Below are positions 8,672 to 16,637 of a stretch of 64,000 nucleotides of DNA, piece by piece. Location of the stretch: IMG/VR virus record IMGVR_UViG_3300042563_002923, positions 2,610 through 66,609 of that record, one strand, 5' to 3'. The notes under the pieces are model-generated. The model ran no database searches. It was not told the origin of the DNA and saw only the letters and a program-made list of their open reading frames with translations. The DNA comes from a virus. Each line of letters starts with the position of its first letter. Position 1 is the first letter of the stretch. The position numbers and the translations under genes are program-made.

Positions 8672-9349
8672 ATGATATTTAATCATGTGAATGTGAATAA
8701 ATTTGAGACTTTGGAACAAATTACAAGAGAAGACGGTGTAAGATTTTATAAGACTCCTAGTGGTAATAGGTATCCTTCTATTACTACTATTCTCGGTGCT
8801 CAAAGTAAACAAGCCATACAAGAATGGCGCAAAAAAATAGGTGAGGAAGCAGCTAATAAAATTTCTAAGGCTGCTACAACACGAGGAACTAAGTTACACT
8901 CGTATATTGAGAATTATTTAAATAATAATGATGTGCTAAATGAAATGTCCTTCTTTCAAAAGGAACTTTTTTCAGGAATTCTGCCAGAATTGCACAAAAT
9001 CAACAATATTCATGTACAAGAACAGAAATTATATTCAGATCACTTAAGATTAGCAGGCACAGTGGACTGTATAGGTGAATATGACGGCAAATTGGCAGTC
9101 ATTGACTTCAAAACTTCTGGTAAATTGAAGAAAAAAGAATGGATTCACAGCTACTTCATGCAATGCGCCGCTTATGCCATCATGTATGAAGAAAGAACTG
9201 GCATCCCAATCAGTAAATTGGTCATTCTTATCGCCGTAGAAGACGAAAATCCACAAGTTTTTGTCGAAAAACGTGATAATTGGGTAAAAGAACTGCTAAA
9301 ATGCCGAGATTCTTACGAAATGGACAACAACTTGTTGACTTTTTCCTAA
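8672..9349 (+). CDS. PD-(D/E)XK exonuclease (T4-like phage exonuclease A, Cas4-like fold)
   Basis: YPSITT, RGTKLH, AGTVDCI, IDFKTS, YFMQCAAY..MYEE. Confidence 0.88.
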   Translation: MIFNHVNVNKFETLEQITREDGVRFYKTPSGNRYPSITTILGAQSKQAIQEWRKKIGEEAANKISKAATTRGTKLHSYIENYLNNNDVLNEMSFFQKELFSGILPELHKINNIHVQEQKLYSDHLRLAGTVDCIGEYDGKLAVIDFKTSGKLKKKEWIHSYFMQCAAYAIMYEERTGIPISKLVILIAVEDENPQVFVEKRDNWVKELLKCRDSYEMDNNLLTFS

Positions 9350-9362
9350 AACCTGTTATAAT
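9335..9362 (+). promoter_or_regulatory. sigma70-type promoter for tmRNA
   Basis: TTGACT-16 nt-TATAAT with TG extension just upstream of the tmRNA acceptor piece. Confidence 0.65.
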
Positions 9363-9371
9363 ATATAAAAT

Positions 9372-9690
9372 ATTGCTGTATGAAGCAAAGAGAAAAGTAT
9401 TCTGGACGCGGGTGCGAATCCCGCCACCTCCACCAAAAGTATTCTAAACTGGACGCAGGATCTGAGAAGGTTGAAAGTGGATTGATCACCACAAGTATGC
9501 TGGAGATTAAGAATGCTTTTGATGGGGGTGCATAGTTTCGACAGGGTAAAGAGTAACAGAGTGGACAGCACATCAGCAACGATGTAAAAAGAAGAAATAA
9601 AGTAAACGCAAACGACTCACTGTTCGCATTGGCAGCCTAAACGCTGACTAGGGTTTCGGTTAGTTTCCTCGTAACAGAATAACTAACCAT
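9372..9690 (+). ncRNA. ssrA: circularly permuted two-piece tmRNA; tag ANDSLFALAA
   Basis: Acceptor piece first: T-arm GCGGG-TGCGAAT-CCCGC 9408-9424, CACCTCC-A-CCA ending 9435. Coding piece starts GGGGGTG 9524-9530 and forms a 7-bp acceptor stem with G3:U. Tag frame GCA AAC GAC TCA CTG TTC GCA TTG GCA GCC TAA at 9608-9640. Outer ends approximate. Confidence 0.92.
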
Positions 9691-9713
9691 TTTATTAACA
9701 AATCTACAAACAG

Positions 9714-10244
9714 ATGAAATCATATACACAATCATTTTTAGTAGCAGTATCCGCAATATTATTAATTTCAATTTTCACACAAGTAACGACATCAAAACTA
9801 CACAATTTAAAACAAACCAACTTTGACGACACTAAAGCAACCGTTGCAGTCAGAGAACAACAATTAGATTGTTTAGCAAAAAATATCTACCACGAAGCAA
9901 GAAGCGAACCCTTTGAGGGCAAAGTTGCTGTAGCTCAGGTCACAATGAATAGAGCAGCAAATGCTGGATTTCCAAATGATATTTGCAAAGTAGTTTATCA
10001 AAAGAACATAGTGTATGAAAAAGTGATTTGCCAATTCAGTTGGTATTGCGAGACATCTACAAAAACAAAACCAATCCACCAATCTGCATATAAAGAATCC
10101 TATGAGGTAGCTAAGAAAGTTTTACTTGAAGGATTCCGATTAGCAGGATTAACTGAAGCACTTTATTATCACGCAACTTACGTTTCACCTGGTTGGAAAC
10201 GTCAACAAATCGCAAAAATTGGCAACCACATTTTTTACAAATAA
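9714..10244 (+). CDS. SleB-like cell wall hydrolase (Hydrolase_2)
   Basis: CLAKNIYHEARSEP.EGKVAVAQVTMNR, CQFSW, ALYYHATYVSPGW, IGNHIFY; N-terminal hydrophobic anchor. Confidence 0.9.
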   Translation: MKSYTQSFLVAVSAILLISIFTQVTTSKLHNLKQTNFDDTKATVAVREQQLDCLAKNIYHEARSEPFEGKVAVAQVTMNRAANAGFPNDICKVVYQKNIVYEKVICQFSWYCETSTKTKPIHQSAYKESYEVAKKVLLEGFRLAGLTEALYYHATYVSPGWKRQQIAKIGNHIFYK

Positions 10245-10247
10245 ATT

Positions 10248-10553
10248 ATGAAATATCCAACACTACAAGATGTTATTAACTATTGCAAAACAACATTAAC
10301 GGTTGCAACTGCAGAAACAATTGCATGGATTGGCATTGTTCTTATTCATGCCGCAACTATACCCACAATGATTTCAATCATGTCTGGTCTATCAGATAAG
10401 ATGCCACCCGTTGATCTTATTTTGTTTATCTGGGCAGGACTTTCAATGTTATTTGTGCGAGCAGTAATTCTTAAAGACATTCTTCACATTGTAACTATTG
10501 GTGTAGGATTTATTATTCACTCCGTGCTTCTTGCTTTAATACTATTTAAATAA
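10248..10553 (+). CDS. small membrane protein (about 3 TM)
   Basis: Three hydrophobic stretches in 101 aa. Confidence 0.7.
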   Translation: MKYPTLQDVINYCKTTLTVATAETIAWIGIVLIHAATIPTMISIMSGLSDKMPPVDLILFIWAGLSMLFVRAVILKDILHIVTIGVGFIIHSVLLALILFK

Positions 10554-10555
10554 TC

Positions 10556-11083
10556 ATGGCTACATTAAAAGAACAAACACAAGAAAAACATAAAGAAGCG
10601 GAAACTCAACCGTTTATCAAAGAGATTTTTCAAAAGAAAGTTAGCAAACACAAATATGCTGAATATCTGTATCAGCTTTATTTGATCTATCATGCTATGG
10701 AAAATATTGCAGGTCCTAAATTAGGTGCATACGAGGGTATCTCAGGTCTTTACAGATCTAAGGCAATTTTTGAAGATTTTCAGGAATTGGCTGTACCAGA
10801 TAAAACATATACGATTAAAGAATCTACATTAAAATACATTCAATATATTATGGATATTACTGAGCATAATGATTTGGTTGCACATATGTATGTACGATAC
10901 TTAGGCGATTTAAACGGTGGTCAAATTTTTGCTAAACTTATTCCGGGCTCAGGTACAATGTTTCAGTTTGAAAACAAAGAAGAATTGACAAATAACTTCC
11001 GTGCTAAATTAAATGACAACATGGGGGCCGAAGCATGCGTTGCATTTGACTTTAATATTGCAATAGTTAAGGAATTTAACTAA
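10556..11083 (+). CDS. hemO: heme oxygenase
   Basis: LKEQT.EKHKEAE (proximal His), AHMYVRYLGDLNGGQ, EA..AFDFN. Confidence 0.92.
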   Translation: MATLKEQTQEKHKEAETQPFIKEIFQKKVSKHKYAEYLYQLYLIYHAMENIAGPKLGAYEGISGLYRSKAIFEDFQELAVPDKTYTIKESTLKYIQYIMDITEHNDLVAHMYVRYLGDLNGGQIFAKLIPGSGTMFQFENKEELTNNFRAKLNDNMGAEACVAFDFNIAIVKEFN

Positions 11084-11763
11084 TGTCTTCGGTATGGGAT
11101 ACATTAATTAAGATTGAACAATATCTTGAATATAAATTTTACGCAACTGGTAGCATTATACACGAACCGGCAATGGAGCGTTTTAATCAACCCGGATGGG
11201 TAAATAAAGTATGGACCAGTAGCCGATACCGCAGAGCACACATTGACGTAGTAGATGCTCGTGAAACCAAAGGGCTGTGGATGATGCATTGTTGCATCTT
11301 TCCTCATACACACAATCCTGCCCCCATCTTTGGGTTTGATGTTATAGCAGGAAAAAACAAGATCACCGGTTGTTTTATTGATTATAGTCCTGCGGGCGAT
11401 GTAAACCATCCCATGATTAAATATTTTGGTGAAGAAGTTGGAAAATACGAATGGAATAAAAAACGCAAACTACCCGAATGGGCCGAACGTATTTTCAGTG
11501 AGCACATGGTAGCTGCCGGTAACGTAAGTGATGACAATGAATTAAAACAACTCACAAGTCTAGCACATATATTAGTTAATCATTACTTGGACACAGTAGA
11601 CGAAACTAATAAAACTGCTAACAATACAACACGTGAACAGAACTACTATTGTGAAAATCAAAAACAAAATCCACATACTCCTAAAGTTATGGTTAGTCTA
11701 GGGCTTAGTGAAAATGATGTTCAGCATTTTATTCAAGAATGCTTGTTCCCAGAAATTAGCTAA
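11083..11763 (+). CDS. pcyX: ferredoxin-dependent bilin reductase, PcyX-like
   Basis: RRAHIDVV (Asp at the PcyA Glu76 position), WMMHCCIFP, PIFGFDV, LPEWA..IFS, QN.YC.NQKQNPHT; directly after heme oxygenase. Confidence 0.82.
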   Translation: MSSVWDTLIKIEQYLEYKFYATGSIIHEPAMERFNQPGWVNKVWTSSRYRRAHIDVVDARETKGLWMMHCCIFPHTHNPAPIFGFDVIAGKNKITGCFIDYSPAGDVNHPMIKYFGEEVGKYEWNKKRKLPEWAERIFSEHMVAAGNVSDDNELKQLTSLAHILVNHYLDTVDETNKTANNTTREQNYYCENQKQNPHTPKVMVSLGLSENDVQHFIQECLFPEIS

Positions 11764-11789
11764 TTAGGATAAATTGGTTAATATATCTA

Positions 11790-11818
11790 TTGAAAATTTA
11801 CACGGTTTACTATATAAT
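11790..11818 (+). promoter_or_regulatory. sigma70-type promoter
   Basis: TTGAAA-17 nt-TATAAT upstream of gp33. Confidence 0.6.
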
Positions 11819-11844
11819 ATAGTAAATAAGGAAAAAGAAATCGA

Positions 11845-12123
11845 ATGCTAGAAATGTTAGAACCAGAAACAAAAGAGACATTAACCGATGCTCTAATTAT
11901 TACTAAGAGATTTAGATCGCCTAATGAATTTTCTCTCTACATTGAAGAAAAAGTATTACAAGACTCAATTGGATATATGGATGCAGTAATTGCGTATTGT
12001 AACGATATCGATATTGATGTTGAAGCAGTTACAAAATTGATAAATCAATCTCTAAAAGATAAAATTCAAAATGAAGCCGAAGATCAAAACTATATGAGAC
12101 CAAGGGGCAAATTGCCGTTATGA
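11845..12123 (+). CDS. 33: late transcription coactivator gp33
   Basis: FS..IEE.V....YMDAV..YC....ID.E...KLI..SLKDKI..EA...NY; precedes gp59 and gp32. Confidence 0.88.
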   Translation: MLEMLEPETKETLTDALIITKRFRSPNEFSLYIEEKVLQDSIGYMDAVIAYCNDIDIDVEAVTKLINQSLKDKIQNEAEDQNYMRPRGKLPL

Positions 12124-12722
12124 TAATGGATGAATTCTCAGTTTATAAAATGTATATTGCGCTTAAATTACATTTTACAACAGATGCGTATGATGTTATT
12201 AAACAAAAGGGCAGAGTACGTGCAAGCCGACAAGCATTTGCCAAACGTACCGACTTATTTTCAATTAAAAAGATATCAAAAAATTATTCAGATGAAGAGG
12301 TCGCAAACTTCTTAGTTGCAAATTTTGTGTCAGGTGATCGTTGGGGCGGGATGTTTGATATAGAAGCCGGACAACGATATACATTATGGAAAAAGAAAAT
12401 CGAGAGTTTATCATATAATTTTTCACAAGATTTGGACAACTTGATCCAAGAATGTGAGGATTCTAATATAGATCTAAAGTCAATATTTACAGTATCTAAA
12501 GGGCAACATCCATATATAATAAAAGCATTTTTAAGAAAAACAATTGGAATTGAAACACTTGTTATCTTAGAACGGCTCACCGGGTTTATTAAAACTTTTG
12601 ATGCTGAAATTAATGACACAATAGTGTGGCCTGATATTTCTAGACTTATTAAAAAGTATAAACCATTTTTAGTAATAGATATGGAAAAATACGATGCAAT
12701 CTTTAGACGACGACTTGGCTGA
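12120..12722 (+). CDS. 59: helicase loader gp59
   Basis: YKMYIALKLHFT...YD, FLVANF, HP.IIK.FL...I.IETLVIL, KYKPFL. Confidence 0.9.
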   Translation: MIMDEFSVYKMYIALKLHFTTDAYDVIKQKGRVRASRQAFAKRTDLFSIKKISKNYSDEEVANFLVANFVSGDRWGGMFDIEAGQRYTLWKKKIESLSYNFSQDLDNLIQECEDSNIDLKSIFTVSKGQHPYIIKAFLRKTIGIETLVILERLTGFIKTFDAEINDTIVWPDISRLIKKYKPFLVIDMEKYDAIFRRRLG

Positions 12723-12936
12723 ATCTAAAAAAGAATTAGATATTTCTAGAAATAGAATTAAAAAATTAGAAGAGCATATTACAATGATGCAGGAATTATT
12801 ATCACACCAACAAGAATCAATTACCGAAACACAAAGGTATTTGATTAAAGTTGCACATGGGCAAAAAGAACTCAGTAAAAGAGTATTGTCTTGGCCGTTT
12901 ATTAAAGTCCAGACAAGAAAAACAAAAGATGTTTAA
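12694..12936 (+). CDS. hypothetical coiled-coil protein
   Basis: 80 aa heptad-rich ORF. Confidence 0.6.
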   Translation: MQSLDDDLAESKKELDISRNRIKKLEEHITMMQELLSHQQESITETQRYLIKVAHGQKELSKRVLSWPFIKVQTRKTKDV

Positions 12937-12950
12937 TAGTTTATTTTAAA

Positions 12951-13142
12951 ATGAATAAGTTAAAGAAAAATGAAGGTTACTACGACAAAGAGAAAAAGCT
13001 TCGTCGTGTTGAAAAGGGTACCTCAAAGATTGACAAACATCGAAAGATTATATATAATGTAGCATCATTGCAAAAAGACGATGATGTATTTGATGAATAT
13101 CTAGATTATGCATACGCAAATCAAAAAATTAAACGACGTTAA
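12951..13142 (+). CDS. hypothetical basic protein
   Basis: 63 aa ORF before gp32. Confidence 0.55.
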   Translation: MNKLKKNEGYYDKEKKLRRVEKGTSKIDKHRKIIYNVASLQKDDDVFDEYLDYAYANQKIKRR

Positions 13143-13181
13143 TACTACGCACATACTACGCCAATACGAAAGGAACTTATC

Positions 13182-14102
13182 ATGGCATATACTTCACTAG
13201 CAGATCTACGCAAATCTCGCGGAGGCTTCGATTCATTAATGAAAGAAGTTGAAAAGATCGCAAATCCCCAATCCGACTCTAAAAAATCAGACGATCGCTT
13301 CTGGCAACCAGAAGTTGATAAAGCAGGTAACGGCTATGCTGTTATTCGCTTCTTGGCTCCACCTCAAGGTGAAGACTTGCCGTTTGTTCGTGTTTGGAAT
13401 CACGGATTTCAGGGACCTACAGGTAAATGGTACATCGAAAATTCGTTGACCACTATCGGTAAACAAGACCCAGTTTCAGAACTCAATACTGAATTGTGGA
13501 ACTCAGGTTCAGAAGCAAATAAAGAAGTTGCTCGCAAACAAAAGCGCAAGCTTACATACTACGCTAACATTCTTGTTGTTAAAGACCCCGCTCGACCAGA
13601 CAATGAAGGCAAAGTTTTCTTGTTTAAATTCGGCAAGAAAATTTGGGATAAGGTTAAAGACATGGCTGATCCTCAGTTTGAAGATGAGAAACCAGTTAAT
13701 GTATTTGACTTTGACACAGGTGCAAACTTCAAGTTGAAGATTCGCAATGTTGAGGGGTATCGTAATTATGATAAATCTGAATTTGAATCACCTAGCCCAA
13801 TCTCAAATGAAGATTCGGTTATTGAGAAAATTTGGGGACAACAACATTCTTTAACAACATTCTTGGATGCTAAGAACTTTAAGTCATATGATGATTTAAA
13901 GAAGAAACTTACTATGGTTTTAGCTGCAGGTGCACCTCCAGTAAAGCCCGCAGAAAATGTTGATCTAGATGAAGACATTGGTTCAAAGCCAACACAAGCA
14001 TCCGCCCCTCGCGCATCAGTTCCAACTCCTAAACAGGATGTGAACTTTGATGATGATGCGGAATCACTATCATACTTTGCTAAATTAGCAAGCGACGATT
14101 AA
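13182..14102 (+). CDS. 32: single-stranded DNA-binding protein gp32
   Basis: DDRFWQPEVDKAGNGYAVIRFL, HGFQGP.GKWYIENSLTT, GANFKLKIR, acidic tail SYFAKLA. Confidence 0.97.
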   Translation: MAYTSLADLRKSRGGFDSLMKEVEKIANPQSDSKKSDDRFWQPEVDKAGNGYAVIRFLAPPQGEDLPFVRVWNHGFQGPTGKWYIENSLTTIGKQDPVSELNTELWNSGSEANKEVARKQKRKLTYYANILVVKDPARPDNEGKVFLFKFGKKIWDKVKDMADPQFEDEKPVNVFDFDTGANFKLKIRNVEGYRNYDKSEFESPSPISNEDSVIEKIWGQQHSLTTFLDAKNFKSYDDLKKKLTMVLAAGAPPVKPAENVDLDEDIGSKPTQASAPRASVPTPKQDVNFDDDAESLSYFAKLASDD

Positions 14103-14114
14103 TCGGAGACTATA

Positions 14115-14390
14115 ATGACTCTAAAAGAAACAGCAATTGCTTTTCTAGCTACATTTGCAATGGCCCATTCCGGGTTCGCTGCAGATGCAACGAGTACGCC
14201 CGAAAAAAAGAAGGAACCGGTGAAGACGCAGAAAGCGAAATCACCGGAGCCGACAGCAACACCGGGTGTTCGCAAGATAGAAAAGAAACCTAAAGAAGAT
14301 AAACCTGCAGAAGCAGGAGCTGAAAAACCAGCAACGCCGAAGGTTAAACGACCTGAAGAGTTAAAGGCTGAAAAAGAAGCTAAGAAGTAA
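14115..14390 (+). CDS. exported Lys/Glu/Pro-rich low-complexity protein
   Basis: Signal peptide ending in GFA/A; K/E/P/A-rich mature part; GGAG RBS. Confidence 0.65.
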   Translation: MTLKETAIAFLATFAMAHSGFAADATSTPEKKKEPVKTQKAKSPEPTATPGVRKIEKKPKEDKPAEAGAEKPATPKVKRPEELKAEKEAKK

Positions 14391-14420
14391 AAGAAAAGCC
14401 CGGGAGACCGGGCTTTTTTT
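14391..14420. terminator. bidirectional intrinsic terminator
   Basis: AAGAAAAGCCCGG-gaga-CCGGGCTTTTTTT between convergent genes. Confidence 0.9.
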
Positions 14421-15930
14421 ATGTGTATGCACTTCTATTTAATTGCCATTTAACAAACGTATTATCGTTTGAATGAGGTACTGGAGTTGCAGCCATCGTT
14501 GTTTGTTCTGTATTGTTTATCGTTTGTTTTGATATGATAGGTGCAATCATTTGTGTTTCCGGTTGTCCGGTATTAAACATTTTTAATTCTGTATTTTGAT
14601 CTGTTACTTTGTTTAATATGTCAACCCCGGTTGTTTCTTCTTTTTTAGGTGCAACGGTTGAATTAATTTTTGGGTTTATTTCTGGAATATAATCGTATTT
14701 TCGTAACGAAGATTGTTCAAATTTCTTAGGCGGTTCAACATCTATATCTTCTTCGGTTGGCGAATCAAAAGATGGTATGCCTGCTTTCTTTCTAAGTGCA
14801 GCCTCACCACCGAATGCTTCCAAATCTCTTTTTTTGCCGGGGGAATCCGGTTGATTCAATATATCTTGTGCTTGCTGTTGTGTCACATCTAAATTACTAA
14901 AGTCTGCATTTATATTTTTAAATGCCTTTTCCGCATCTTGCCCTTGGCCTTCTTTCATTCTATCGCCGTAATCAATATCGTCCAAATATTCGTTTGCTTC
15001 GTATGCACCTAGCCCTACTGTCGCGGCTGCTGCAATCGGACTGCTTACTATGGCTGCTGTACCCATTAATGCAGCCCTACCCATTAATGCGGCCTTGCCC
15101 ATCATCGGACCCATGCCCGGCATTGAGCCGCCTGGCACTCTCGGCGTCTTGGGCAATTTGCCACCCGGACCACCGGGTTTATTTTTTCCCGGTCTTTCAG
15201 GCAAATCGAAACCCATAGGCATACCCGAATTAGAACCAAACCCGCTTTCCTGTAATATTGCTCCCAATTTTATAGCTATCAGTTCAGATAATTTTTCCCG
15301 ATCTTCCTGTTTTGATTCTTCTATATTTGGTTCAATACCATTGGGTAATTGATTTGCTTTATTTTTTTCTATTATTAACTTTTTAATGGCACTCGCTTCT
15401 TCCAATAATTGTTTTTGAGACTTATCATCCCGCATGTCAATTAATACCGCGACCATATCGGATAAAACTTTATTTTGTTCTATATTTTCGTTTAAAGCAA
15501 TATTATCTTGTGCATTAGTTCTTGTTAGATCTGTTGGTGAAATAATTTCAGTATTAATATCTGCGGAATCTTGTGTGGGTTTACCAATTTCAGGTGGCAT
15601 TACCACTTTTCCAGATAGATAACTTATAGTATCTTTAGCGGATTTTACATATGATGATAGTTGCTCAGTAAACCCGGCTTTAAAATCTTTATAATCTTCT
15701 TTTAAATCAATTCCAATTGGTCTTCCGGGTTTTCCTGGGTCTTCTTTTTCCGATTTACTTATACCTGCTCTTTTTTCAAGCGCAATAGCAAGATTCAAAA
15801 TAGAAAGATTAAGATTTTTAATATCTTTAGATGTGCCCGTCATCTTTTCAGACAATTCTACAAAAGGGCTTTTCTCTCCCTCTATAATTGAGGACAGCCT
15901 ATCCATTGGATCTTGTATTGCGTTTGCCAT
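14419..15930 (-). CDS. putative tape measure / baseplate hub protein (gp29-like)
   Basis: 503 aa, helical N-terminus, central Gly/Ala-rich hydrophobic segment; lies downstream of gp26/gp51; assigned from position and composition only. Confidence 0.45.
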   Translation of the reverse strand: MANAIQDPMDRLSSIIEGEKSPFVELSEKMTGTSKDIKNLNLSILNLAIALEKRAGISKSEKEDPGKPGRPIGIDLKEDYKDFKAGFTEQLSSYVKSAKDTISYLSGKVVMPPEIGKPTQDSADINTEIISPTDLTRTNAQDNIALNENIEQNKVLSDMVAVLIDMRDDKSQKQLLEEASAIKKLIIEKNKANQLPNGIEPNIEESKQEDREKLSELIAIKLGAILQESGFGSNSGMPMGFDLPERPGKNKPGGPGGKLPKTPRVPGGSMPGMGPMMGKAALMGRAALMGTAAIVSSPIAAAATVGLGAYEANEYLDDIDYGDRMKEGQGQDAEKAFKNINADFSNLDVTQQQAQDILNQPDSPGKKRDLEAFGGEAALRKKAGIPSFDSPTEEDIDVEPPKKFEQSSLRKYDYIPEINPKINSTVAPKKEETTGVDILNKVTDQNTELKMFNTGQPETQMIAPIISKQTINNTEQTTMAATPVPHSNDNTFVKWQLNRSAYT

Positions 15931-16451
15931 TATACAGGTCTTCTAACGATTGGTTTAGTCGGCGTCGATCCGAATCCAATGTCTGCAGGCGCAGAGTCAA
16001 ATCCGCTGCCAAATGAGCTAGGCGCTGATGCAGTTGCTACCGGGGCTGAATTGAATCCACCCCCGCTCCCGAATGAGCTAGGTGATTGTACTGGAGGAGC
16101 ACTGCTTAATTCTGGAGTGGGAACTCCTGATGCTGTTGAAACATTTGCTGCACCTGCAACCTTTTCTTGTGTTCTACCATAAGCAGAAACGCCTAATACT
16201 GCACCCATTGCCACGTGAAATAATCCACCGCCCTGTAGTGTAATCGGTACCCATTGTCTAAATGCGTCGTTTGCAGCTTGAACTTCCCAGAACTGAACAA
16301 CCGTAAACATAATTGGAAATAACGCAAAATCGAATAGACAGCAAGTCATATACATCATTGCCATCATTGGACGCCATTTTTTCGTCATCCAATCCTCATC
16401 GGGTTTTTTCTTTTCTTCTACAACTTCTTCAGTTTTATTTTTACCAAACAT
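15930..16451 (-). CDS. holin-like membrane protein (3TM gene-transfer-release holin family)
   Basis: WM.KKWRPMMAMMYM..C.FDF..FPI, W.PITLQGGGLFH.AMGAVLGVSAYGRTQEK. Confidence 0.65.
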   Translation of the reverse strand: MFGKNKTEEVVEEKKKPDEDWMTKKWRPMMAMMYMTCCLFDFALFPIMFTVVQFWEVQAANDAFRQWVPITLQGGGLFHVAMGAVLGVSAYGRTQEKVAGAANVSTASGVPTPELSSAPPVQSPSSFGSGGGFNSAPVATASAPSSFGSGFDSAPADIGFGSTPTKPIVRRPV

Positions 16452-16452
16452 A

Positions 16453-16587
16453 TTAACTCCTTGCTTTTTTAGCTTTTATTTTTTCATTTTCTTCATTAAT
16501 ATAGTTTACTAACAATGATACGTAAATTTCTCTTTCCCACGGCAACATATTTTCTATTTCCGTTAATGAGTATTTATGATGCTGCAT
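16453..16587 (-). CDS. 51: gp51-like baseplate hub assembly protein (not in ORF track; frame open upstream to the gp26 slippery site)
   Basis: MQHHKYSLTEIENMLPWEREIYVSLLVNYINEENEKIKAKKARS*; in-frame upstream SHESLINYFQLNFSL has no ATG. Confidence 0.8.
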   Translation of the reverse strand: MQHHKYSLTEIENMLPWEREIYVSLLVNYINEENEKIKAKKARS

Positions 16588-16637
16588 CAACGAAAAATTT
16601 AATTGAAAATAGTTAATTAAACTTTCGTGAGAAAGAG

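Noticed and set aside
8672-9349. Cas4-like nuclease as sign of a CRISPR system
   Set aside because: Common stand-alone exonuclease of T4-like phages; no repeat-spacer array or other cas genes seen in the window
9408-9435. Possible tRNA gene or attP remnant
   Set aside because: No anticodon arm upstream; it pairs with the downstream GGGGGTG and tag frame, so it is the tmRNA acceptor piece
9346-9579. Two minus-strand ORFs (77 aa and 71 aa) in the ORF track
   Set aside because: They are antisense to the tmRNA; WWRWRDSHPRP and LVEVAGFAPAS are the typical spurious translations of a tRNA-like T-arm
14922-16182. Plus-strand ORFs overlapping the minus-strand 503-aa and holin-like genes
   Set aside because: Antisense shadows of Gly/Pro-rich coding sequence with no RBS or motif; same applies to the other short antisense ORFs in the track
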